From an uncultured Helicobacter sp. (GTDB lineage Bacteria; Campylobacterota; Campylobacteria; Campylobacterales; UBA6016), in the NCBI GenBank assembly GCA_964568395.1, contig CAZMPN010000001.1, forward strand, positions 129,133 to 193,132: 64,000 bases of DNA, in the 5' to 3' direction. The notes beneath the pieces are model-generated. The model was not told the DNA's origin, searched no databases, and worked only from the letters and a program-made list of their open reading frames with translations. The position numbers and the translations under genes are program-made. Below, in pieces: positions 1-10,134 of this stretch (its first letter is position 1; each line of letters begins with the position of its first letter).

Positions 1-340
1 ACCCGGCGTTCATAGAGAGCATTCCGCCTATAGTTCCGGGAAGGCCGCCCAAAAACTCAAAACCAGCCAAATCGTTTCTCTTTGCAAAACTAAAAACACG
101 GCCTCCGCTCATAGCGGCTCCGACGTATAGCTTTTCGTTTTCCAGCCATATATAGTCAAACTCTTCGCCAAGAATAGCTAAGTTTTTGTTTTTTCCGGTC
201 ACTATCAGATTGTATGCGCCGCCTATTATCATGCCGTCAAAGTTTGCGGTGTCGTTTTCGTTCTCGATTACGGATACTTCTAGCGTGGGACCCAGTTTTA
301 TGGAGGAGTATTTGGAGAAATCTATCGTTTTTTTGCGCAT
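1..340 (-). CDS. murB: UDP-N-acetylenolpyruvoylglucosamine reductase MurB, N-terminal part (3' end lies beyond window start)
   Basis: My own minus-strand translation from the ATG at 340-338 gives MRKKTIDFSKYSSIKLGPTLEVSVIENENDTANFDGMIIGGAYNLIVTG...FEFLGGLPGTIGGMLSMNAG. This is the FAD-binding N-terminus typical of MurB. The start forms an ATGA overlap with the fliQ stop. It is absent from the ORF track because it is open-ended. Confidence 0.75.
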   Translation of the reverse strand, partial: MRKKTIDFSKYSSIKLGPTLEVSVIENENDTANFDGMIIGGAYNLIVTGKNKNLAILGEEFDYIWLENEKLYVGAAMSGGRVFSFAKRNDLAGFEFLGGLPGTIGGMLSMNAG

Positions 341-606
341 CAAAAAGAGAAGGTGGGAATCATTTTAAATATTCTGGTCGTAAAGTCGATCATCTCATTC
401 ATAATCCAAGGCATCGTAAATACCATGACAAGCCCGGTTAGGATGATTTTCGGCAAAAACGATAGCGTCATCTCATTGATTTGCGTAGTGGCCTGAAATA
501 TACTGATGACAAGTCCGGCGAGAAGTCCGGCGAGAAGCATCGGCATGGATACGAATAGCGCTATTTTCATCGTTTCTACCGTAATCGCTATTAGTTTTGA
601 CTCCAC
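340..606 (-). CDS. fliQ: flagellar export-gate protein FliQ
   Basis: 88 aa with two hydrophobic helices. The stretch LLAGLLAGLVISIFQATTQINEMTLSFLPKI is the conserved FliQ/SctS signature. Confidence 0.9.
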   Translation of the reverse strand: MESKLIAITVETMKIALFVSMPMLLAGLLAGLVISIFQATTQINEMTLSFLPKIILTGLVMVFTMPWIMNEMIDFTTRIFKMIPTFSF

Positions 607-616
607 CCTCTCTCCT

Positions 617-1477
617 TTACGAAAATCTATAATCCAAATACTCTTTTGGGATGAGCATATCCGACGCTCTGATTTTTTTGTTGTAGATGCCGTGATTATA
701 TCCTATTTCAAACAGCTTATCAATAGCCGCCAGCGCCTCGTCGTCCATCGTCTGGGAGCGTTCGTTGGCGTACATCGAGAGGTATTTTTCAAGTTTTTTC
801 GCGTCCACCCTTATGAGATCACGCTCTAGTAGCATTCGGCTAAGAAGTCCTTTGTTTTTGACGGCTATCCGTACCGCGTCCAGCAGAATATCTTCTATTT
901 TTATGGCTCGCAGTAGCGGAATAGAGCGCCTAATGGCCATGCCGCCAAGAGGCAAAGGCATATCCCCGGCAAGAGAGCGCCAAATATCGAATATCTCCCG
1001 CTCCACTTCCAGCTCGTCCGAATAGGTCAAAATAGCCTCGTGTATAAGAACCCCGGCGTCTACCGCGCCTTCAAGCACGGCTTTTTCTATTTCCAGAAAG
1101 TTCATATATACGGGTCTGGCATCCGGATAGGCTATGCGAAAGAGCATGGCGTTCGTCGTGTATTTGCCGCTTAGCGCCACTTTGAAGTTTCTTTTGAGTT
1201 TTGCGCCTTTTCTTCTCACAAGCTTTGGACCGTATCCTTCACCAAAGCTCATCGCACATCTTAGTAGCGCATAGTCGTCTCTCATGATCGGATAAGCGCC
1301 GAAGCTTATAGCGGTCGCGTCGTATGTGCCGCGCATTGCCTCTTCATTGAGGGTTTCGATGTCGAGAGCTACATTTTCAAAAGCCAAATCGCCCGTATTG
1401 ACCCATCCGAATTTGATAGCGTAGTACATAAAAATATCGTCTGCGTCAGGCGAGTGGGCGATAGTGATTTTAGGCAT
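617..1477 (-). CDS. menaquinone (futalosine pathway) biosynthesis protein, MqnA/MqnD periplasmic-binding-fold family
   Basis: 286 aa. The N-terminus ITIAHSPDADDIFMYYA resembles the MqnD/MqnA signature (SPCPND.F.FYA). The futalosine pathway is the known menaquinone route in Campylobacterota. Confidence 0.65.
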   Translation of the reverse strand: MPKITIAHSPDADDIFMYYAIKFGWVNTGDLAFENVALDIETLNEEAMRGTYDATAISFGAYPIMRDDYALLRCAMSFGEGYGPKLVRRKGAKLKRNFKVALSGKYTTNAMLFRIAYPDARPVYMNFLEIEKAVLEGAVDAGVLIHEAILTYSDELEVEREIFDIWRSLAGDMPLPLGGMAIRRSIPLLRAIKIEDILLDAVRIAVKNKGLLSRMLLERDLIRVDAKKLEKYLSMYANERSQTMDDEALAAIDKLFEIGYNHGIYNKKIRASDMLIPKEYLDYRFS

Positions 1478-1575
1478 ATTTTTCCAGTAGTTTTTGGCAG
1501 ATTTTACCGCTTACTACTTTAAGGGACGAGTTGTTAACATAAGTTTATAATCCTCTAATAAGGCCGAACAATCCG

Positions 1576-3893
<2,318 letters not shown>

Positions 3894-3896
3894 GCC

Positions 3897-4172
3897 ATGA
3901 ATGAGATTTTAGAAGAGCTTGGAACGCCAAAACGCAAACCCCTGTTTGACTTTAGCAGGGGTGTTTGGAAGCTTCTGGCTCTCTTCTCGCTCGTAGCCGT
4001 ATTTGCGGTATATACAGGCAATCTTCTGTTTGGGCAAAACTCCATATCCACTCTTTTTACCTTAGAAGACCAAAGAGACCATCTTAAAACAGAGATAGAG
4101 CGTCTAAAAGAACAAAACGCAAAATATCAAAAAGAGTATTTTGAGCTAAAAAGATTAGAGGGCGGAAGTTGA
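3897..4172 (+). CDS. ftsB: septum formation initiator FtsB/DivIC-like protein
   Basis: 91 aa with one N-terminal TM helix followed by a coiled coil (LKTEIERLKEQNAKYQKEYFELKRLE). An FtsB-type gene directly downstream of eno is a common arrangement in proteobacteria. Confidence 0.5.
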   Translation: MNEILEELGTPKRKPLFDFSRGVWKLLALFSLVAVFAVYTGNLLFGQNSISTLFTLEDQRDHLKTEIERLKEQNAKYQKEYFELKRLEGGS

Positions 4173-4450
4173 GGAAAGTTTTTTTGATTTGCTGCATCGT
4201 TGCCGTTGCGGTTTTTGCCAGGGAAAATCCTTTTAAAAGTCCAAGTCAGGCCAATATCTCGGAGGCCTCGATGGAGAACATAAACAAGATAGAAAAACTG
4301 CAAAGCCTCACGATAACACCTCCGGTAGAGTCTGTAAAAATAAAAAAAATAACCATAGAGTACCAGTCGATAGACGGCGTGAAAATCAAAAAGACATACG
4401 ACATAGAAAAAGGAATAGATCCGCTTAAGACTATTAAGGTGTCACAGTGA
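4169..4450 (+). CDS. hypothetical exported protein
   Basis: 93 aa with a TTG start overlapping the upstream stop. It has an N-terminal hydrophobic signal-like segment (VFLICCIVAVAVFA). I recognise no catalytic motif. Confidence 0.45.
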   Translation: MRKVFLICCIVAVAVFARENPFKSPSQANISEASMENINKIEKLQSLTITPPVESVKIKKITIEYQSIDGVKIKKTYDIEKGIDPLKTIKVSQ

Positions 4451-4935
4451 ACAACATAGTTTTGATAGGTTTTATGGGAAGCGGAAAAAGCTCTGTCGGG
4501 CGCGCGCTCGCAAAAGAGAGAGGGCTTTATTTTGTAGATACCGACGCGCTTATCGAGAGTTTTGAAGGCCGTAAAATCAGGGATATATTTGAGCTTAGCG
4601 GAGAGGCGTATTTTAGAGAGTTAGAGAAAAAATGCTTCGAGTGGCTAAGTAGTAGCGTCTCAAACGCCGTAATATCGACAGGCGGCGGTATGCCGACAGT
4701 TATAGATGATTTTACTCCTCTTGGAAAGACAATATATCTAAAAGTCGGTTTTGAAACACTGCTGGAGAGGCTAAAGGCTGAAGAGTTCGATAAAAGGCCT
4801 TTGTTTGCCGACGTGGAGTTTGCCCGCAAAATATTTGAAGCTAGAGAGCCTATTTACGCCGCCAAAGCCGATGTTCTGGTAGATGCGAACAGGGATTTTG
4901 AAGAGGTATTAAGAGAGGTATCTAGGAAGGCCTAA
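4447..4935 (+). CDS. aroK: shikimate kinase
   Basis: 162 aa with a GTG start, P-loop GFMGSGKSSVGR, and DTD and STGGG motifs. Confidence 0.9.
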   Translation: MNNIVLIGFMGSGKSSVGRALAKERGLYFVDTDALIESFEGRKIRDIFELSGEAYFRELEKKCFEWLSSSVSNAVISTGGGMPTVIDDFTPLGKTIYLKVGFETLLERLKAEEFDKRPLFADVEFARKIFEAREPIYAAKADVLVDANRDFEEVLREVSRKA

Positions 4936-4956
4936 GGCCTCCGCTAGATTTTATTT

Positions 4957-6471
4957 TTAGTATCTATATCTGATATATGCTCTTGCGTCAGATGCAGATT
5001 TAACAGGATTTTGCATTTGTGCTACCGCCTCATCCATTGTCATAGGTGCGCCCTCTGCGCCGAAGAAGCTGTTGCTCCCGGTATAGTCATAGCTGATATG
5101 CGTATACCTGATTTGTGCGTCTAGGTTTTTTGCAAGCGGTTGTGTGTAGTAACCTTCCCACGCTTTACCTCTAGCCGCAAGTTTGGAGCCTATCATAGTG
5201 TCTTCACCGTATGTTACGCTTCTCCAGTATTTTGAGCCTTGATTGTACTCGATACCGATTTTGCCGTCTTTTGTGAATACCGCAGGCATCTGTACTCCAG
5301 CCCACCATGAGCTACCAAATCTGCCTTCTGTTTGACCAAGCATCCCATTGCCGTTAGGTTGTGTTTTTGAGAAAGCATAGCTTACAAAAGCTGTTGTATT
5401 ATCAAGGAAGTTTGACCATCCATTGCCTATGCCGTTTGCCATAGCCATGACTGTGCCACCGTAGAGGTTGCCAACATTATGAAATGGAATGCCACCCATG
5501 TATGTTAATAGGTCATTAACTGTCGCTGTTCCATTGTTTACTTTGCCATACGCAGTTTGCCAGTTCATCATATCTGTTCCAGTAAAGCCTATCATATTGT
5601 GTGCTTTAAGGAACATTGAGTGTACTGAGTATTGACCGTCATCATATGGAACAAAGATGAAGCCGGCTAGATCCACGTCTGCATTTTTGCTCTTGTCTTT
5701 TGAATAATCTGTTCCATCCATGCTAAATCTTTGCTTGGCATTTGTAAGGCCTTTACCCATGCAAAGCTTGAAGTACATACCAGGGATATTTGTCACTTTA
5801 TCAAGGTCAAATTTGAAGCTTGCACCGTCGTATTCAACATTGATTAGGTGTGATAGCGGAGAGTTTGCGTCTGCATTGCCCTCTCTAAGGTTTCCAGGAA
5901 GGCCGTCATAAGATGGTCTTCTACCGACGCTTGCAGTATATGGGATTGGGCCTGCATCACCGAAGTAGATGAAGTAGGCTTCTTTTACTTTTACAGTATT
6001 GTCGGTAGCGTTTTCGTTTGTTACCCAGTCAAAGTTTGCATAGCCAGGCGCTGTATTTGATTGGCTGTGGTTTGCGGTATCACCAAACGCTTTGTTGTAC
6101 GAGAGTTTACCGATGAAGCTAAGCTCTTTTGTTGGAGCCGCTTTCATGCCAAGAACTAGCCTGTTTGTAAGAAGCGCTGAGTTTGCAGCGGCGTTAGGTC
6201 CACCGTTTGCGCCGGCTAGTTGGTATCTTACATAATCATAGCTAGCTCTGTAGTCAGCATCCCACTTAAGGTTGTCGCCGCCGGTTCTTACTTTTAGCTC
6301 TTTTATCTGTTTGGCAACCGTCGCAAGATCGGCAGCCTCTTGATTTTTTTTGAGTTCGGCTATTTGAGCTTTTAGTTCGTTTAGCTCGTTTTTTAGCGCC
6401 GATACGTCGTCAGCCGCAAATGCGGAAGTAGCAAGGATAGCCGCCAGTGAAAATACACCGATTTTCTTCAT
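4957..6471 (-). CDS. outer-membrane beta-barrel protein with N-terminal coiled coil (DUF3373-like)
   Basis: I placed the start at the internal ATG (6471), which has GGAGAACAG upstream. It gives the signal peptide MKKIGVFSLAAILATSAFA. A coiled coil follows (LKNELNELKAQIAELKK), then Gly/Tyr/Asn-rich alternating strands. The C-terminus is an aromatic ...YIRYRY, typical of OMPs. Confidence 0.7.
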   Translation of the reverse strand: MKKIGVFSLAAILATSAFAADDVSALKNELNELKAQIAELKKNQEAADLATVAKQIKELKVRTGGDNLKWDADYRASYDYVRYQLAGANGGPNAAANSALLTNRLVLGMKAAPTKELSFIGKLSYNKAFGDTANHSQSNTAPGYANFDWVTNENATDNTVKVKEAYFIYFGDAGPIPYTASVGRRPSYDGLPGNLREGNADANSPLSHLINVEYDGASFKFDLDKVTNIPGMYFKLCMGKGLTNAKQRFSMDGTDYSKDKSKNADVDLAGFIFVPYDDGQYSVHSMFLKAHNMIGFTGTDMMNWQTAYGKVNNGTATVNDLLTYMGGIPFHNVGNLYGGTVMAMANGIGNGWSNFLDNTTAFVSYAFSKTQPNGNGMLGQTEGRFGSSWWAGVQMPAVFTKDGKIGIEYNQGSKYWRSVTYGEDTMIGSKLAARGKAWEGYYTQPLAKNLDAQIRYTHISYDYTGSNSFFGAEGAPMTMDEAVAQMQNPVKSASDARAYIRYRY

Positions 6472-6517
6472 CTGTTCTCCTATTTTTGATTTTGGTTTTA
6501 TGCGTGTACCAATAAAA

Positions 6518-6847
6518 TTAGCCGCAGGCCGGCACATTGCCGCTGTCGGAGCCGTATTCTTTCAAGAACTCATGTAGGTCTTGCATCTGTCCTTTAAATG
6601 ACGGACCGCCAAAATAAGACGACGCCTTAGGATCGCTCTTATGTTTTTCTATCAAAGAGGCGGCGTCGTTTGAAAACCACTTGTCCCATCCGGCTTGGGT
6701 TGCCATCGCGGCGCCTTTTACGCCGTTGCCGTGACAGCTCTTGCAAGCTTTTAGGTAAAGTTTTTGGCCTTCTTCAACGCCTCCAAAAGATGCAGTGGAC
6801 AAAGCTACGGTAAGCATTGCCGTTTGCAAAAGTTTTTGTATATTCAT
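6518..6847 (-). CDS. monoheme c-type cytochrome (periplasmic)
   Basis: I placed the start at the ATG at 6847, which is 6 nt after AGGAGGA. It has a signal peptide and a single CKSCH heme-binding motif. Confidence 0.8.
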   Translation of the reverse strand: MNIQKLLQTAMLTVALSTASFGGVEEGQKLYLKACKSCHGNGVKGAAMATQAGWDKWFSNDAASLIEKHKSDPKASSYFGGPSFKGQMQDLHEFLKEYGSDSGNVPACG

Positions 6848-7013
6848 AAACACTCCTCCTATACGTATTCGATTTTATGATAAGAAATATTAACTAAAGA
6901 TTAAATATTAATTTTTGTAATTTTTTTTATCAGCTTTTCGCCAAACGTAACATAAGAATTTGTAAAGTTATTGATATGAATCAAAAATGTAGTAGAGGGT
7001 AAATAATGAGGAA

Positions 7014-7034
7014 AGAGAGGGTTTCTCCCTCTCT
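7014..7034 (-). terminator. putative hairpin terminator downstream of small ORF
   Basis: An 8-bp stem, AGAGAGGG/CCCTCTCT, with a 5-nt loop. On the minus strand it lies 7 nt after the stop at 7041 and is followed by a T-rich stretch. Confidence 0.4.
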
Positions 7035-7040
7035 CTTTGA

Positions 7041-7205
7041 TTATAGAGAAACGCCGCTTTCTTCAGACGCTTCCGAGATTCTGACGATATCGTTTTCATC
7101 TTTTTCTAGCAGATGAAAGGCCTTGCCGTCTTCTTTTCTTATCCAGTACGAATTTTCCTCGTCGTACTCGAAACCTTGTAAAACTTCGGAATATGAAATC
7201 TTCAT
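7041..7205 (-). CDS. small acidic hypothetical protein (54 aa)
   Basis: It falls below the ORF-track cutoff. My own translation is MKISYSEVLQGFEYDEENSYWIRKEDGKAFHLLEKDENDIVRISEASEESGVSL. An AAGGA motif lies 8 nt upstream of the ATG, and a hairpin follows the stop. Confidence 0.4.
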   Translation of the reverse strand: MKISYSEVLQGFEYDEENSYWIRKEDGKAFHLLEKDENDIVRISEASEESGVSL

Positions 7206-7342
7206 CTTGAATTCCTTGTGTTAAGGTATTAAATATGTGCAAAAAACGCTCCAAATTTTTCGGATCTGTTTTGTGCGCTTTTGGTGCTAATTTTACAAAA
7301 ACTGGCGTAAAAAATAGATAAATTTGATATTAAATCGGCAAA

Positions 7343-7362
7343 AAGTGATACGAAGTGATACG
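7343..7362. repeat. perfect tandem duplication AAGTGATACG x2
   Basis: Read directly from the sequence: 7343-7352 equals 7353-7362. It lies 21 nt beyond the 3' end of the minus-strand tRNA-Arg. Confidence 0.9.
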
Positions 7363-7382
7363 GATAGCGGATTTTATTTTGG

Positions 7383-7459
7383 TGGTGCCCCGGAGTGGAT
7401 TCGAACCAATGGCCTCAGAATTAGGAATTCTGCGCTCTATCCATCTGAGCTACCGGGAC
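7383..7459 (-). tRNA. tRNA-Arg (anticodon CCT)
   Basis: The reverse complement folds as a 77-nt cloverleaf: GTCCCGG TA GCTC AGATGGATA GAGC G CAGAA TTCCTAA TTCTG AGGCC ATTGG TTCGAAT CCACT CCGGGGC A CCA. There is one U-C mismatch in the T stem, and the CCA is encoded. Confidence 0.85.
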
Positions 7460-7498
7460 ATAGGCGGTAATTATATCAAAATTCCCTTTTTGGGTCTA

Positions 7499-8611
7499 TT
7501 AGAGCTTTGTCAAAAAAACGGAGAATATTTTGGCTAGCTTTTGTATCTCATCGGCGGTTACGCATTCGTTCGGGGCGTGTATGGTTTCGTTTCTTGGTCC
7601 AAACTCCAATACCGTTATGCCCTCTCTGGCTATAAACCTTGCGTCGCTAGTGCCGCCCGCAGTAGAGGCCTTTGGCTTTTGCCCGGTAACGCCCTCTACG
7701 CACTCTCCTAGTTTTTCGAAGTAGAGTTTTGATTTTTCGTCTTTTTCTAGCACAAAAGAGTTTGAGCTTTGGCTCATCTCTATCTCGAACTTTTCTATTT
7801 TGGCTTTTCGCATCGCCTCTTTCAAAAATACGTCCACTTTTTTGGTATCCGTAGCCGTAGAGTTTCTGATATTGAAAAGTATCTCCAGCTCGCTCGGGAT
7901 TACGTTGTGTTTGCCGTAGCCGCTTTTTATATCGGTTATTACAAGACGGCTCGGCGCAAAAAATTCGTCCCCATCGTCAAGCTCCTTGTCTGCTATAAGC
8001 GTAAGTAGCCTTGAGGCCAAAACGACCGGATTTATCGCTTTTTCCGGATATGCCGCATGTCCGCCGCGTCCTATTATTTTTATTTTACCGTTTATGGAGC
8101 CTCTGCGCCCAACTTTTATCGTATCGCCAAAAAACGCTTCGCACGTGGGCTCCGCCACTATGCAAAAATCTGGAAGCATCTTCAGCTCTTTTAATCTTTC
8201 AAGCATCAAAGCCGTGCCGTATACGGCGTCGCCCTCTTCGTCGCTTGTGATAAGCGTGGATAGCGTCCCTTTGAAGTTTTCGGTATGTTTCAGCGCATAA
8301 AGGAAGGCCGCCACCCCGCCCTTCATATCGGCGGCTCCTCTACCGTATATGACGCCGTCCTGCTCCGTCGCCTCGAAAGGGTCAGTTCTCCACTCCCCGC
8401 CGGCCGGAACTACGTCTATATGTCCGGCAAAGCATATATGAGGCCCATCGCCGAACTTTTTGTACAAAAACAGGTTTTTGACGCCTTCTCTTTGTGTTTC
8501 TATCGCCTCGAATCCGTCGAGGTATGATTTGATAAACTCAAAGGAGCCCGCTTCGCTCGGAGTGATGGAGGGGAATGATATGAGGTGTTTTAAGAGCTCT
8601 ATGGGATTCAC
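7499..8611 (-). CDS. dapE: succinyl-diaminopimelate desuccinylase (M20 peptidase family)
   Basis: 370 aa with a GTG start. It has the GHIDVVPAG and SDEEGDA metal-ligand motifs, and its overall layout matches DapE. Confidence 0.88.
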   Translation of the reverse strand: MNPIELLKHLISFPSITPSEAGSFEFIKSYLDGFEAIETQREGVKNLFLYKKFGDGPHICFAGHIDVVPAGGEWRTDPFEATEQDGVIYGRGAADMKGGVAAFLYALKHTENFKGTLSTLITSDEEGDAVYGTALMLERLKELKMLPDFCIVAEPTCEAFFGDTIKVGRRGSINGKIKIIGRGGHAAYPEKAINPVVLASRLLTLIADKELDDGDEFFAPSRLVITDIKSGYGKHNVIPSELEILFNIRNSTATDTKKVDVFLKEAMRKAKIEKFEIEMSQSSNSFVLEKDEKSKLYFEKLGECVEGVTGQKPKASTAGGTSDARFIAREGITVLEFGPRNETIHAPNECVTADEIQKLAKIFSVFLTKL

Positions 8612-9561
8612 TAAACGCTTTCTTTGACCAGATTTTTCCCGCTTTGTTTTGCCAGTTTGAGCCCCTCTACGGCGCGAGCCAGCATCGTAGACATATCGTC
8701 GTCGTCCCTGTGGTGTGCAACGCCCATCGATACCGTTACTTTCAGTATCTGCTCCGAATAGATGAGTTTCGAAATTTCCACTTTTGAGCGAATTCTGTTC
8801 GCTATCTCAAGCGATTTTTCTGGTACGAGCCTGTTTAGCACCATCACGAACTCCTCTTCGCCGTACCTATATATTTTGTCACCCTCTCTGATGGAGTTCT
8901 TGAACGTGTTTGCTAGGAATATAAGGACTTTGTCTCCGGCTAAGTGTCCGAACTCCTCGTTGATCTGCGTGAAGTCGTCTACGTCGATAAGCAAGATGGT
9001 CATATCCAGCTTTCTGCCGCCGGCCGCAGATATCATCTGCTCCATGTCGCTTATGAATGCGCGCTTGTTCAGCAGTTTCGTCAGCGGATCCATTTTTGAT
9101 TCGCTGAGCGCCTGCTCAAGCTCTATCTCAAGCCTTCTTATCTCTTCGTCCGAGCGTCTAAGCTCTTCTAGCAGCTGGCCTTGGAACGAGAGCATCGACT
9201 GCATGATTCGTTGGTAGTCCACATGCGCCTTGTTTACCTCGTCGAGCCTGACGCTATCCAGATAGTCGCCTTGAGCCATGACGGTTTTGGAGATCGAGCG
9301 GTTGCTGCTGCTGAAAGCGTTTAGGCTGTCTTTTGAGAGCTTGATGTATTTTTCCAGCTCTTCGTCCGCGTTTTCGGCCGAATTGCCCTCCGAGTATCTT
9401 TGGAAGAGCTTTGTTATTTCCGGATTGTCGACGTCGGTTAGTATTTCGCGAAATATTTTCTCGTAATACTTAGGGTACGACGGAGTTTTGGTTGCGTCCA
9501 GCTTTTTTAAAACAGCTTCTCTGATCTTGAGAATAAACTCAAATACTTCTTCTTTTTCCAA
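8611..9561 (-). CDS. GGDEF-domain protein with degenerate active site (GEEEF) and coiled-coil N-terminal region
   Basis: 316 aa. The C-terminal domain reads ...DVDDFTQINEEFGHLAGDKVL...REGDKIYRYGEEEFVMVL..., which is the GGDEF fold with an RxxD I-site and a G to E change at the second Gly. Confidence 0.85.
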   Translation of the reverse strand: MEKEEVFEFILKIREAVLKKLDATKTPSYPKYYEKIFREILTDVDNPEITKLFQRYSEGNSAENADEELEKYIKLSKDSLNAFSSSNRSISKTVMAQGDYLDSVRLDEVNKAHVDYQRIMQSMLSFQGQLLEELRRSDEEIRRLEIELEQALSESKMDPLTKLLNKRAFISDMEQMISAAGGRKLDMTILLIDVDDFTQINEEFGHLAGDKVLIFLANTFKNSIREGDKIYRYGEEEFVMVLNRLVPEKSLEIANRIRSKVEISKLIYSEQILKVTVSMGVAHHRDDDDMSTMLARAVEGLKLAKQSGKNLVKESV

Positions 9562-9684
9562 CTCTCGCCGTCCTTTTTGGTGTCCACAAACAGTATGATT
9601 AAACTAAATCGATTTTATTCAAAAAATAATAAAAATTTAAACGCTAAATATTTAAGGAAATCTTATTTTTGGTAAAATTACGGG

Positions 9685-10134
9685 ATGAGAGTCAAGATAG
9701 CGTTCATTTTTTGCATTTTATTCGTATTTTACGGCTGTGCTACAAGCTCTGGCGAACTCGGTACGCCAAATGCAAAGGGTACAAAAAAAGAACCTGTTAA
9801 TTTTGAAGATAAAAATGAGGTTTTGTCCTATATAGCAAGGGCTGCGCTTGATTTTTACCTTCAAGAAGGCGGATATGGGGAGCTAAGAGAGTTTTCCATA
9901 AACAACAAGACAAAAAAACTATTTTTTAAAACAAAGCTAAAAGGCGAGGAGAGATTCTTGTCTGTTAGCGTAGATAGATACGATATCAAAAGAGAGGGCG
10001 GAAAATATTTTTTTATCGCGAAGGGCATAACTACCGACAGGGAGTGGCTCAATATCGCGGCCAAAAACTTTTTGGAAGAGAAAAAAATAGAGATTCCGGC
10101 TAAATATTCGATTTTTATTTTGGCGGCGATGTAA
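9685..10134 (+). CDS. hypothetical lipoprotein
   Basis: 149 aa with a signal peptide carrying a lipobox (LFVFYGC). The stop/start with the next gene forms a TAATG overlap. Confidence 0.6.
   Translation: MRVKIAFIFCILFVFYGCATSSGELGTPNAKGTKKEPVNFEDKNEVLSYIARAALDFYLQEGGYGELREFSINNKTKKLFFKTKLKGEERFLSVSVDRYDIKREGGKYFFIAKGITTDREWLNIAAKNFLEEKKIEIPAKYSIFILAAM

Noticed and set aside
6472-6537. N-terminal extension of the porin ORF (MCRPAANFIGTRIKPKSKIGEQ) overlapping the cytochrome c gene end
   Set aside because: The internal ATG at 6471 has a GGAG RBS and is immediately followed by a textbook signal peptide. The extension would bury that signal peptide and overlap the upstream gene.
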